Shown: positions 1-9,974, numbered from the stretch's first letter. The stretch is DNA of 64,000 nt from Gemmatimonadota bacterium (GCA_040389905.1 JAZJZK010000007.1:191492-255491), one strand, 5' to 3'. Notes: a model not told the origin generated them from the sequence alone. A program made the numbers and translations.

Positions 1-2
1 CC

Positions 3-503
3 GCCACTGCGGCGCCCGCTGCGGTGGATACCACGACCGTCGCGACCATCGCCCCGTTCACGGTGCGGGCCGATGGCTTCGGCCCACTCGAGGTGGGAAT
101 GACGCTCAAGCAAGCGAACGAGGTGCTCGGCCAGACGCTGGAGACCATCCCTGGCACAGAGCGTGACTCGTGCTTCTTCGCGCGGTGGCCAGACCACGCA
201 CAGAACGTCCAGTTCATGTTTTCTGGGGGCACCTTCGCGCGAATCGACGTGAACTCCGGCAGATCGCGCACCGACGAGGGCGTGCGCATCGGCGACTCGG
301 AAGCGCGGATTGACAGCCTCTACCCTGGTCACGTGCGCAAGACCAGACAGAAGTACATCGTGACGGGGAACTATGTCATCGTGACGCCCAAGAACCCCGT
401 AGACAGCGGGTACCGAATCGTCTTCGATACGGAGGGGAGCGCCGTCATGAAATACCGGGCAGGGAGACGCCCCGAAGTGCAGAACGTGGAAGGGTGCGGC
501 TGA
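3..503 (+). CDS. Hypothetical exported/lipoprotein-like protein, 5' truncated by window edge
   Basis: Frame open from base 3; 'DGFGPLEVGMTL' and 'GVRIGDSEARI' repeats resemble small envelope proteins. Confidence 0.65.
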   Translation, partial: ATAAPAAVDTTTVATIAPFTVRADGFGPLEVGMTLKQANEVLGQTLETIPGTERDSCFFARWPDHAQNVQFMFSGGTFARIDVNSGRSRTDEGVRIGDSEARIDSLYPGHVRKTRQKYIVTGNYVIVTPKNPVDSGYRIVFDTEGSAVMKYRAGRRPEVQNVEGCG

Positions 504-505
504 GC

Positions 506-787
506 ATGCAATTCCTGGTCATCGAGGACTTCGTTGGCGGCGACCCGGCCCCAGTCTACGCACGCTTCCGCGCTCGTGGACGGTTGGCGCCCGAGGGCCT
601 GACGTACGTGGCCAGCTGGGTCACCTCCGACGGCGCGCGGTGCTATCAGGTCATGGCGTGCGACGACCGGGCGCTGCTCGACCAGTGGATGTCCTCCTGG
701 TCCGACCTCGTGTCCTTTCAGGTCATCCCCGTCATTTCGTCCGCTGAAGCCGCCGCGCGATTCGCGCCGACGGCAGATCCTCCGTGA
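506..787 (+). CDS. DUF3303 family protein
   Basis: MQFLVIEDF...YARFRARGRLAPEGL.YVASWV...CYQVM...W.DLV.F.V.PV pattern. Confidence 0.75.
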   Translation: MQFLVIEDFVGGDPAPVYARFRARGRLAPEGLTYVASWVTSDGARCYQVMACDDRALLDQWMSSWSDLVSFQVIPVISSAEAAARFAPTADPP

Positions 788-1251
788 CGGAACACCGTCG
801 TTCCGTCGGGTCGTACGTCGAGCGCGTACTCGCCATCGTTGGGGCGGTCGCGTTGATACTCGTCATTTCCAGCGCCGTGATCGGCCGACTCACAGACGGT
901 CACGTGAAGGGAATCGTGCTGACCTCGGAAGACGATCGTCCCATTCCAAACGTGCCCGTATTCCTCGACGATGAAACGGGGACAGTCCGTCGCACCGTGA
1001 CGGCCGCGGACGGCACCTTTCGCTTCGCGATCGAGCCGGCGCGCCTGCGTCGCGCGCGAGTGCTCATCTGCCCACCCGAGCGGCTCGCGATCATCAGCGA
1101 CGAACAGCCGACGCATCTCGTCGGGACCAACAGCCTGCATTCGCCACGACGGCCACCCGGTTCGCGCAAACTGCGCGGTTGGGAGTTCGGGTGGCGCGCC
1201 GCCGTGCCCGCGGAATGCGACGCGGTCCTCGCGTCGCCCACGGGGAGCTAA
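784..1251 (+). CDS. Membrane-anchored carboxypeptidase-regulatory-like (beta-sandwich) domain protein
   Basis: N-terminal TM, then G.V.....PIPNV.V.L...TVTAADGTFRF; GTGA overlap with upstream stop. Confidence 0.55.
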   Translation: MTEHRRSVGSYVERVLAIVGAVALILVISSAVIGRLTDGHVKGIVLTSEDDRPIPNVPVFLDDETGTVRRTVTAADGTFRFAIEPARLRRARVLICPPERLAIISDEQPTHLVGTNSLHSPRRPPGSRKLRGWEFGWRAAVPAECDAVLASPTGS

Positions 1252-2457
1252 CTAACGTTTCTTCACGACGAGGAGCGCGTTTCCGACATCGCGTTCGCCT
1301 GTCGGGTCGCTTGGCTTGTTCACCACGGCCCCCCCGATCACCATCGTGGTCGACCCGCCGCCGTCGAGGTTCATCGCGTCCCACGCGCCCAGCGTGCGCA
1401 TGACCGTGGCAAGCTCCGCCAGCGTCATGCCAACACTCTTCTCCGAACGACCATCCACCGTGAGGATGAGCAGCGCCGAACTGTCACGCGAAAATCCGAT
1501 CGCCGTACGCGGATGACGCGCTTCGGCATTCCGCGAGATCGTTCCTTCCACGGTCGGCGCGTCGGCGGCGACGCTCGATCCGTTGCGCAGGATCCGTGGC
1601 CATCCGCCGATGAGCATCGTGGGCACACCACCACGTGCCATTCTGGGCAATGTTGCAAGAAGAATCCGCACGGTGTCGCCGTCGGCCATGGCGAGCACCT
1701 CCTTCGTGCGCAGACCGGCACCATACGCGGAGAGCACGGCGCCTCCCGCAGGAATTGGAGTACCTGACGCATTCGACGCGGCGCCGCGCCTGACGAAGAG
1801 GAGCGTGTCCCCGCGACGGCCGGCGGCTGCGAGCGGTGCCTCCGCTGTCTGGCGCGTGGTATCCCGCGGCGTCGTCGCGCCGAAGCGCGACGTGAAAAGC
1901 GCGGTGCCTTCCGGATTCCCCGAGGGATTGGCGTTGACGTTGATGATTGGTGTGGCAACACCCCGCGCCCAAGCGGTGGCGTCGAGGATATAGCGATCCA
2001 TCTGCGGCCGCCCAGCGGCGTCCATGGCGAACTGAATGTGCGGGTTGTCATAGGTGTCGTACGGCGACTCCGTCACCTTGACCCCTTTCCACCACTCGCC
2101 GGCGACGACCTGGTTGTTCTCGTTCTCGCCGGACTTCAGTTCGAAGAAGTCTGCGTTGACAGCAACGAGAACCTGCGCCCCCGCCGACGTGGCCCGGCGC
2201 ACCATGTCCGTCGGCTTCTCCCTGCTCCTCAACGAGTCGTGCGCACGCGCGTTTCGAACATCGACGCCGGCCGAGCGAAGATCGATCCGGACGACATGCA
2301 TCGTCCACGGCCCGCGTGGGTCGAGGATGTGCCGGTATTGGACGCCCGGGGACAGGAGCCGCGAGGCGAGCGTGTCGCCCGATTGCGCGCGAGCGACGCT
2401 GGGCGCCGCGGCGCAAAGGACGCCCGCCAGCGAGAGAAGGACGCGCGCGTGGTTCAC
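1252..2457 (-). CDS. Phosphodiester glycosidase (NAGPA-like) family protein, secreted
   Basis: AVNADFF, HPRTAIG, TVDGR, GMTL.EL, AMNLDGGGST, ERDVGNAL motifs; GTG start at 2457 overlaps upstream TGA and gives a signal peptide. Confidence 0.85.
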   Translation of the reverse strand: MNHARVLLSLAGVLCAAAPSVARAQSGDTLASRLLSPGVQYRHILDPRGPWTMHVVRIDLRSAGVDVRNARAHDSLRSREKPTDMVRRATSAGAQVLVAVNADFFELKSGENENNQVVAGEWWKGVKVTESPYDTYDNPHIQFAMDAAGRPQMDRYILDATAWARGVATPIINVNANPSGNPEGTALFTSRFGATTPRDTTRQTAEAPLAAAGRRGDTLLFVRRGAASNASGTPIPAGGAVLSAYGAGLRTKEVLAMADGDTVRILLATLPRMARGGVPTMLIGGWPRILRNGSSVAADAPTVEGTISRNAEARHPRTAIGFSRDSSALLILTVDGRSEKSVGMTLAELATVMRTLGAWDAMNLDGGGSTTMVIGGAVVNKPSDPTGERDVGNALLVVKKR

Positions 2458-3656
2458 CGGTAAATGAGAAACGGCCTGACTGACGCCGCGAACTTCACCG
2501 CGTCGGCGTCCCAGTCCTTGATAAGCGCGTCGATCGTGTTGCTTTCGACCGCCGCACGAAGTTTGTCCGTGCCGGCGAGACGATCGATGGATCCCCGCCA
2601 CGTGAAGTCCTTCGTGTGCCGAGCATAGATCGCACGGAGCATGCGGATGCCAAGTTCTACCGGGCGCACCACGTTGCGATCCGTCACGTTGACCTTGATC
2701 ATCGGAATGGACTGCTGGCTGAACTTGTAGCCGGAGTCGATCTTCCGCGTCACGGTGTCGAAGCGCACGCCGGGCAACTTCATTGCGTTCAGCTCGGCGG
2801 CGATCGCCGCGTTGTCGGTCATCCACGACGCACCAATCAACGTGAACGGCGCATCGGTGCCGCGGCCTTCAGTCGCCGTCGTTCCCTCGAAGAACACGGT
2901 GCCAGGGTAGAGGAGCTCCGCGTCGAGCGTGCGGAGATTCGGCGACGGATTCACCCGCGGGATGCCCGTTTCGTCGAACCACATCGAGCGCCGGTAGTTC
3001 TTCATGGGCACGACGCGGATGTCCGCGTCGATCAGCTTGTTCCCGGCTACGAACTTGAGCAGTTCTCCCGGCGTGAGGCCGTATCGCAGTGACACCGGGT
3101 GCTGTCCGACGAGCGACGCGAACTTGGGGTCGAGAATGTTGCCCTCGAAGCGGTCGGCGCGGATGGGATCGGGACGGTCGAGGATGATGATTGGTTTCTT
3201 CGCCACCGCTGCAACGTTCGCGAGCGTCCACTCAAAGGTGTAGACGCGCGCGCCGACGTCCTGGATGTCGTAGAGGAGGACATCGAGGTCCTTGAGCGTC
3301 TCGATCGACTTCGCTTGAGCCGCGCCGTACACCGAATAGATCGGCACGCCCGTCGCCGAGTCGACGCCGGAGTCGATCCGGGCGCCGGCGCGTTCGACGC
3401 CGCGGATACCGTGCTCGGGAGCATAGAGCGCCACGAGCTTGACCCCCGGGGCCTTGAAGAGCAGGTCGATCGTGCTCGTCCCTTTCCGATCGCGTCCGGA
3501 ATGATTGGTGAGCAGGCCGACACGCTTGCCACGGATGAGATGGATGGAATCGGTGAGGAGCACTTCAACGCCGGGGATGACCCCACCTTGCGCGTGAAGG
3601 TCGGGGGCCATGGCGGACAGCAGCGTCGCGGCCACGGCAAGGTAGGAGGTTCTCAT
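2454..3656 (-). CDS. namZ: Exo-beta-N-acetylmuramidase NamZ (DUF1343) family
   Basis: RVGLLTNHSG, APEHGIRG, YDIQDVGARVYT, DRPDP, PSPNLRT, EGRGT motifs; signal peptide from ATG 3656. Confidence 0.88.
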   Translation of the reverse strand: MRTSYLAVAATLLSAMAPDLHAQGGVIPGVEVLLTDSIHLIRGKRVGLLTNHSGRDRKGTSTIDLLFKAPGVKLVALYAPEHGIRGVERAGARIDSGVDSATGVPIYSVYGAAQAKSIETLKDLDVLLYDIQDVGARVYTFEWTLANVAAVAKKPIIILDRPDPIRADRFEGNILDPKFASLVGQHPVSLRYGLTPGELLKFVAGNKLIDADIRVVPMKNYRRSMWFDETGIPRVNPSPNLRTLDAELLYPGTVFFEGTTATEGRGTDAPFTLIGASWMTDNAAIAAELNAMKLPGVRFDTVTRKIDSGYKFSQQSIPMIKVNVTDRNVVRPVELGIRMLRAIYARHTKDFTWRGSIDRLAGTDKLRAAVESNTIDALIKDWDADAVKFAASVRPFLIYR

Positions 3657-3736
3657 GGACGAAGAGTGCGGTACACCCGAACTGATAGCAAGACGGACTT
3701 GCGCCAGACGCGGCGAACGCTCGATTGTAGCACACC

Positions 3737-5290
3737 ATGCCAATCCACTACCGGTTCCATTGCATCGCGATCGTCCTCCTGACGGTCGCGTCCACCGCGG
3801 CCGCTGCCCAGGGCACGACGAAAGCGCCGCCGCCTCCCGCCGCCATCAAGGCAATCAAGGAATCCGACCTCAAGCGCGACCTCTATGTCTTCGCGGGCGA
3901 CGCCATGCGCGGACGCGAAGCGGGAACGATCGACGAGATGCATGCATCGGTGTGGTTGGCCGATGAGCTTCGAAAGATCGGTCTCGCGCCACGCGGTGAC
4001 ATGGGCAGTTGGTTCCAATGGTGGAATATGCGACGCACGCGCATTTCCACGGTGTCGAGCTCCATCAAGGTCGCCGGTCGCACACTCGCGCTGTGGACGG
4101 AGATCACACCGACGACCAACGCCGCGGTGGACGTGACGGCCCAAACGGTGTTCGTGAACAACATCGCCGACACGGCGATCAACGTGCGCGGGAAGATTGC
4201 CGTGGCCGCGCTGGTCGCGCCGGCAGCAACCGCCATTCGCACAACGACCAATACGCGCGAATACAACTACACTCGGCCCGCCATCACCGCGATGGCGGCT
4301 GCGTTGACGAGACGTGGAGCCGCCGGCGTCGTCCTCGTGGCCGATTCGGTCGCGGAGATCGCGTTCGATGGCGTCGCGAAGGTGCAGGCTCGTGGGACAT
4401 ATGACGTCATCGACGGCGTGCCGCGTTTTTCTCGGAATGCAGGTCGCGGTGGCGGGCGCGGCGCCGGGGGCGGCGGCCAGCAGGCCACTCCCGTTCCCGT
4501 GCTCCTCGTTCATCGATCGGCCGCTGCCGCATGGAGAACGGACGGTCAGACGATCGACATCAAGCTTCGCTCGGAGAGCTTCGAGTATCCGTCCGTGAAC
4601 ATCATCGGCGAAGTGCGTGGCACCGACCCGAAGCTTCGCGATGAGTACGTCCTCTTCAGCTCACACCAGGATCACGATGGCGTGCGGTACACGGTGGACG
4701 GCGACTCGATCTGGAATGGCGCCGACGACAATGGCACCACGACGGTGGCGCTCATGGGCATCGCGCGAGCCTGGGTGAAGCAGCCGAGCAAGCGCTCCGC
4801 GCTGTTCGTCATTCAGGGCGCAGAGGAGCGCGGCCTGCTCGGATCGCGCTATCATGTCGCCCACCCGGTGGTGCCACTCGATCGCATCGTCGCAGTGCTC
4901 AACGGAGACATGCTCGGGCGCAACCACCCGGACACAGCCGCACTGCTCGGCTCCCAACCGCCGCACCGCAATTCATCGGCACTCGTACAGATGGCGCTCG
5001 ACGCGAATCGCGCGACCGCGAAGTTCGTGATCGATTCACTATGGGACCGCCCCGATCATCCTGAAGGCTGGTACTTCCGCAGTGATCACGTCCCGTACGC
5101 CGAGCGCAAAGTGCCCTCGCTCTTCTTCTCGAGTAACCTGCATTCGGACTACCACACCCCGCGCGACGAGCCGAAGACGATCGACTACGGCAAGCTCACG
5201 CGGATCACGCAGTGGATGTACATGACGGGCTGGCTCGCCGCCAACGCAGCTGTGCGGCCGGCCGTCGATTCTGGTTTCGTGTTGAGATAG
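3737..5290 (+). CDS. M28 family metallopeptidase, secreted
   Basis: SSHQDHDG, NGADDNG, AEERGLLGS, NGDMLG, RSDH, DYH motifs; signal peptide. Confidence 0.9.
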   Translation: MPIHYRFHCIAIVLLTVASTAAAAQGTTKAPPPPAAIKAIKESDLKRDLYVFAGDAMRGREAGTIDEMHASVWLADELRKIGLAPRGDMGSWFQWWNMRRTRISTVSSSIKVAGRTLALWTEITPTTNAAVDVTAQTVFVNNIADTAINVRGKIAVAALVAPAATAIRTTTNTREYNYTRPAITAMAAALTRRGAAGVVLVADSVAEIAFDGVAKVQARGTYDVIDGVPRFSRNAGRGGGRGAGGGGQQATPVPVLLVHRSAAAAWRTDGQTIDIKLRSESFEYPSVNIIGEVRGTDPKLRDEYVLFSSHQDHDGVRYTVDGDSIWNGADDNGTTTVALMGIARAWVKQPSKRSALFVIQGAEERGLLGSRYHVAHPVVPLDRIVAVLNGDMLGRNHPDTAALLGSQPPHRNSSALVQMALDANRATAKFVIDSLWDRPDHPEGWYFRSDHVPYAERKVPSLFFSSNLHSDYHTPRDEPKTIDYGKLTRITQWMYMTGWLAANAAVRPAVDSGFVLR

Positions 5291-5296
5291 CACGTC

Positions 5297-6778
5297 ATGG
5301 TGTCGACAGAACGGACGGAGATATTGGCCAGGCTCCGCGAATTGGAGCGTGCCGCACGTGCGCTCGATCCCGGCACGCACCGGCGGAAGAAGCTGCGCAA
5401 TGCGGTGGTCGCGAGTTCCGAACGCTTCCTCCGCAAGATCGGATCGATCAAGGCGTATACGGAAACGGAGGACAAGGGGAAGGGGCTGCTCGCCACGCCC
5501 ATCTCGGAGCGCGCGATCTCCGTCGAGGAAGCGATCGGTCTGTTCGAGGAGAACGTCGTGCGCCCGGGCGCGCAGCCGGCGGCTCCCGGATTGCTCGCCT
5601 ACATTCCGGGCAGTGGACTCTATCACTCGGCGCTCGGTGACTTTCTGGCCGCCGTCAGCAACAAGTACGCGACGATCTTCTTCAGTGGTCCCGGCGCCGT
5701 CCGCATGGAGAACATGATCGTGCGGTGGGTCGCCGATCTGATTGGCTATCCTGCGGAGGCCGGCGGCAGCATCGCGTCGGGTGGCAGCATGGCGAATCTC
5801 ACGGCGATCGTTACCGCACGGGATGCGCACGGCCTGAAGGGTGCCGACTTCGCGACGTCCGTCGTGTACCTCACGCGACAGGCGCATCACTGCGTCGACA
5901 AGGCGCTCCGCATCGCGGGTATGGGTGAGGCGCCCCTTCGCCACGTCGACATGGACGATCGTTTTCGAATGCGTCCCGATGCGCTCTCTCGCGCCATCGC
6001 GGAGGACCGCGCGGCTGGACTCCGGCCCTGGATGGTCGTCGCCGCGGCCGGCACGACGGACACCGGGGCCGTTGACCCGATCGACGACATCGCGACGATT
6101 GCGACGCGCGAGCGCTGCTGGTTTCACGTCGATGCGGCGTACGGTGGCTTCTTCATGCTCACGGAGCATGGCCGCGCACTGCTCAAGGGCATCGAACGGT
6201 CGGATTCTGCGGTGCTGGATCCCCACAAGGGTCTGTTTCTCCCGTGGGGCTCCGGCATCGTCGTCGTCCGCGATTCGGCTGCCTTGGCGGCGGCGCATGC
6301 CTATGAAGGGGCATACATGCAGGACGCCGTGCGAGATCCCAGTGAGGTGAACCCAGCCGACGTGTCACCTGAGTTATCTCGGCCGTTCCGTGCGCTTCGC
6401 ATGTGGCTGCCCCTCATGCTCGTTGGCGTGAAACCATTCCGCGCTGCTCTCGCCGAGAAGCTGTTGTTGGCGCGCTATTTCCGGTCGGAGATCGAAGCGC
6501 TCGGGTTCGAGGTGGGGCCGGAGCCGGATCTCACGGTCGTCACGTACCGGTGGGTGCCACCCGGTGCAACGCTGGACGAGGCGAATGTGTTCAACAAGTC
6601 GCTCGTCGAGGGTGTCGTGCGAGATGGGCGAGTGTTCCTATCGTCGACGATGATCGACGGGCGATTCACGTTGCGATTCGTGGCGTTGTCGTTTCGGACG
6701 CATCGGAAGACGGTTGATCTGGCTATTGCGGTTTTGAGAGAGCAAGTGGCTGTCTTGGCGCGACTCACTCCAGTGTGA
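5297..6778 (+). CDS. Group II PLP-dependent amino-acid decarboxylase
   Basis: SGGSMANLTA, AGTTDTGAVD, HVDAAYGG, DPHKGLF (PLP lysine). Confidence 0.9.
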   Translation: MVSTERTEILARLRELERAARALDPGTHRRKKLRNAVVASSERFLRKIGSIKAYTETEDKGKGLLATPISERAISVEEAIGLFEENVVRPGAQPAAPGLLAYIPGSGLYHSALGDFLAAVSNKYATIFFSGPGAVRMENMIVRWVADLIGYPAEAGGSIASGGSMANLTAIVTARDAHGLKGADFATSVVYLTRQAHHCVDKALRIAGMGEAPLRHVDMDDRFRMRPDALSRAIAEDRAAGLRPWMVVAAAGTTDTGAVDPIDDIATIATRERCWFHVDAAYGGFFMLTEHGRALLKGIERSDSAVLDPHKGLFLPWGSGIVVVRDSAALAAAHAYEGAYMQDAVRDPSEVNPADVSPELSRPFRALRMWLPLMLVGVKPFRAALAEKLLLARYFRSEIEALGFEVGPEPDLTVVTYRWVPPGATLDEANVFNKSLVEGVVRDGRVFLSSTMIDGRFTLRFVALSFRTHRKTVDLAIAVLREQVAVLARLTPV

Positions 6779-6781
6779 CGT

Positions 6782-7026
6782 ACAGAGTCTTCTCGTTCTT
6801 ACCGCAGAGGGCGCAGAGGAGCAGAGGAACGCAGAGGACTACGGAACAGCAAGTGCAGACCCCTCGACTCGCTTCGCTCGCTCGGGGTGACAAACGGGGG
6901 TGGTTCACGCTCGTCTTGTCGCCCTGAGCGGAGCGAAGGGCCAGCACCTTTTTTTGGTTTTCCTCCGCGTACCTCTGCTCCCTGCGCCCTCTGCGGTGAA
7001 ATCGACAACGCCAGTCTGATCAACTC
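6782..7026. repeat. Composite palindromic element: CAGAG-rich inverted arms (about 6799-6838 and 6961-7000) enclosing two inverted REP-like units (6854-6893, 6916-6947)
   Basis: ACCGCAGAGGGCGCAGAGGAGCAGAGG...CCTCTGCTCCCTGCGCCCTCTGCGGT; flanks shared with 38358-38537. Confidence 0.85.
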
Positions 7027-7031
7027 AAATG

Positions 7032-8780
7032 CTAGTACCCGACTGCCCCCGCATCCGCATCTCTCGGATCTGCTGCCCCAAACCGCTTACCCGTTTTTGC
7101 ATCGACAAAGATCGAGTGCGCCGTCCCTTGCGTCGATCCGATCTTCACCTTGTATCCCATCGCCTCGAGCGCGGTAATCGTCGTTGCCGGGAGTCCATCA
7201 CGCTCGACGCTGATCACATCCGGCAGCCATTGATGATGGAAGCGAGGCGCGTTGACCGCCTCCTGAATTCCCATCTTGAAGTCGATCTGGTTCAACACCA
7301 CTTGCAATACCGTGTTGATGATTGTCCGGCCGCCAGGACTTCCGACGACGGCGACAAGCTTTCCGTCCTTCGCCAGGATCGTCGGCGTCATGCTCGACAG
7401 CATTCGCTTTCCCGGTTTCGCGATGTTCGGGTTGGTACCGATCAGTCCAGTGGTATCGGTGACGCCGGGCTTGCCGTTGAAATCGCCCATTTCGTTGTTC
7501 AGGAGAAACCCTGCGCCTGAAACGACGGCGCCGAGTCCGTATCCCGCTTCGAGCGTGTAGGTCACGGAGACCGCCATGCCCTTTCCGTCCACGACGGAAA
7601 AGTGCGTCGTCTCGTCGCTCTCGTAACCTTCTGTTGCCTGCGTGGGAACCGACGGCGTTGCGCGATCGGCGACAATCGTCTTCCGCAGTGTCGTTGCGTA
7701 CGCTTTATCGGTCAGCTTCGACACGGGCGGCTTCGTGAAGTCCGGGTCACCGAGGTAGCGCGCACGGTCGATGAAAGCGCGGCGCATGGCTTCGGCGACG
7801 AGATGCACGTACCGCGGCGAGTTGTGCTTGGCCGCGGCAAGGTCGAACCCTTCGAGGATGTTGAGCATCTCCACCATCGCCACGCCACCGGAGCTCGGCG
7901 GAGGCATCGAGATGATGTCGTAACCACGGTACGTTCCGCGAACGGGCGCACGTTCCTTCGCGACGTACGCCTTGAGGTCTGCCTCCGTGATCAGCCCGCC
8001 GCCGCGCTTCATCTCTTCCGCGATCAGCCGAGCGGTTTCGCCGCGATAGAAGCCATCGCGACCCTTGTCGCGAATGCGCGTGAGGCTCTGCGCGAGATCG
8101 GGGAGACGAATGCGTTCTCCGGCTGCGTACGCCGTGCCATTCTTCGAATAGGCGGCGATGCTGGCGGGATACGCCTTGAATCCCGTCGTCAACTCGCGCG
8201 CGAGCGAGCGCGCGAGGCCGGCCGGCGCGTCGAATCCGTCGGTCGCGAGGGTCACTGCAGGATCGACGAGTTTCTTCCATCCGAGCGATCCGTATTTCTC
8301 GTGCGCGAGCGCGAATCCGGCAACCGTGCCCGGTACGCCGACGGACGTGAGGGAGCCATGATGGATCTTCGATGAATAGGCGCCCGTCGAATCGGTGAAC
8401 ATCGCCGGCGTGGCGGCCTTGGGCGCCATCTCGCGAAAATCGATGGTCGTCGCGCGACCGTCGGGCATCCGGATGACCATGAAGCCACCGCCACCGATAT
8501 TGCCGGCCGCGGGATAGGTCACGGCCAGCGCGAAGCCGGTGGCAATCGCTGCGTCGACGGCGTTGCCGCCCGCAGCAAGGACGTCTCGTCCGGCCTGACT
8601 TGCAATTGCACTGGCCGACACGACCATGCCATGATCGGCGACGACGGCCTGACGCGGGGCGGCGGGCGCCTGAGCCGAGACGCCGGTCGACGACAGGACG
8701 AGCCCGGCGGTCAGCGCCGCGATGAGCAGCAAGCCAGTCTGGCGCCTCGCGCCGGCCGATGAAGGAACACTGGCGAACAT
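7032..8780 (-). CDS. ggt: Gamma-glutamyltransferase
   Basis: GGNAVDAAIA, GNIGGGGF, IDFRE, ETTHFS (catalytic Thr), LNNEMGDF, RMLSSMTP, GSPGG; AGAGG RBS before ATG 8780. Confidence 0.95.
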   Translation of the reverse strand: MFASVPSSAGARRQTGLLLIAALTAGLVLSSTGVSAQAPAAPRQAVVADHGMVVSASAIASQAGRDVLAAGGNAVDAAIATGFALAVTYPAAGNIGGGGFMVIRMPDGRATTIDFREMAPKAATPAMFTDSTGAYSSKIHHGSLTSVGVPGTVAGFALAHEKYGSLGWKKLVDPAVTLATDGFDAPAGLARSLARELTTGFKAYPASIAAYSKNGTAYAAGERIRLPDLAQSLTRIRDKGRDGFYRGETARLIAEEMKRGGGLITEADLKAYVAKERAPVRGTYRGYDIISMPPPSSGGVAMVEMLNILEGFDLAAAKHNSPRYVHLVAEAMRRAFIDRARYLGDPDFTKPPVSKLTDKAYATTLRKTIVADRATPSVPTQATEGYESDETTHFSVVDGKGMAVSVTYTLEAGYGLGAVVSGAGFLLNNEMGDFNGKPGVTDTTGLIGTNPNIAKPGKRMLSSMTPTILAKDGKLVAVVGSPGGRTIINTVLQVVLNQIDFKMGIQEAVNAPRFHHQWLPDVISVERDGLPATTITALEAMGYKVKIGSTQGTAHSIFVDAKTGKRFGAADPRDADAGAVGY

Positions 8781-8875
8781 TGCGACCTCTGGGGAAGGGA
8801 GAGACAAGACTTCGACGGCGCAAAAGTACATCAGCGGTCTGGCGTGCGCATCGCGATCCGGGCAGTTTGCCGCCG

Positions 8876-9940
8876 ATGCCTTCGACGCCGTTCATCGCGC
8901 AGCGCTTCCGCAACCAGCACATCACTGGCGAGCCCGCCAGTTGTCCCGGGGAGATCGTTCGACTGCTGGGTGCGGTCCAGTCGCAGGACTACCTCGGCGC
9001 CAAGTGGTCGCTGGGCCAGCGCCTGCAGGGCGCAACCGATCGGGCGATCGACGAGGCCTTCAACAGCGGTGCGTTTCTCCGCACGCATGTGCTTCGGCCC
9101 ACCTGGCACTTCGTCGCGGCCGAAGACATCCGGTGGATGCTCGCGCTTACCGCTCCGCATGTGCATCGGTTGAACGCCTACCAGAATCGGAGGGCCGAAC
9201 TCGATCCACCGCTCTTCAAGCGCCTTCACAGGCTCATCGTGAAAGCGCTGCAAGGCGGCAATCACCTCACGCGAGCTGAGTTGGCTGCCGAGTTTGCCCG
9301 TTCACGCATCGTCGCGGACGGTGTGCGGCTCGCGTACGTCATGATGCATGCGGAGCTCGAGGGATTGGTATGCAGCGGCGCGCTGAAAGGGAAACAGCAG
9401 ACGTACGCCTTGCTCGACGAACGCGTCCCACCAATCGGCGCGCTGAGCCGCGAGGAATCAGTGAGCCGACTTCTCAGACGTTTCTTCATCGGCCACGCCC
9501 CCGCGACACTCAAGCAATTCGCATGGTGGTCCGGGATCGGGCTGACGGAGTCCAGGCGTGCGCTTGACGGCCTGCGAACCGAGTTCGCCGGAGAGACGGT
9601 CGATGGCGTCGAGTGGTTCGGCCTTTCCGATATTCCGAAGTCGCGCGCTGTGGTTGCGCGGTTGATCCCGGAGTACGACGAGTCGCTGACCGGTGGCCGC
9701 GATCTCCGCCTCGAAGACCGTCCGTGCTCGGCGCCAGGCCAGTGGGTGGACGACTACTTCCGTCCGGTCATCATCAACTGGGCCCGCGTGGGAACCTGGC
9801 GTCGGACCATCGGAACAACCGAGGCGTCGCTGGAGCTGAATCTGTCCGCGCCACTGGCAGGACGGGAGTTGGCCGCAGTCAATCGCGAGGCCGCGCGATA
9901 CGGGCAGTTTCTCGGTGTGCCCCTCACCGTCGTATCTTGA
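8876..9940 (+). CDS. AlkZ/YcaQ-like (HTH_42 winged-helix) DNA glycosylase family protein
   Basis: GAVQSQD motif, RTHVLRPTWHFV, GHAPAT..QFAWWSG, LIPEYDE. Confidence 0.8.
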   Translation: MPSTPFIAQRFRNQHITGEPASCPGEIVRLLGAVQSQDYLGAKWSLGQRLQGATDRAIDEAFNSGAFLRTHVLRPTWHFVAAEDIRWMLALTAPHVHRLNAYQNRRAELDPPLFKRLHRLIVKALQGGNHLTRAELAAEFARSRIVADGVRLAYVMMHAELEGLVCSGALKGKQQTYALLDERVPPIGALSREESVSRLLRRFFIGHAPATLKQFAWWSGIGLTESRRALDGLRTEFAGETVDGVEWFGLSDIPKSRAVVARLIPEYDESLTGGRDLRLEDRPCSAPGQWVDDYFRPVIINWARVGTWRRTIGTTEASLELNLSAPLAGRELAAVNREAARYGQFLGVPLTVVS

Positions 9941-9974
9941 TGAAAGCCTATCGCCAGATGAGGTGAGCGCGCAA

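Noticed and set aside
2458..2826. N-terminal extensions given by the ORF track (1252..2826, 18655..20124, 21911..23230, 30451..31200 and others)
   Set aside because: They overlap neighbouring genes; downstream starts give signal peptides, RBSs or stop/start coupling
5297..8780. PLP decarboxylase and ggt as members of the amidoligase pathway
   Set aside because: Chemically tempting but over 13 kb away and separated by unrelated genes
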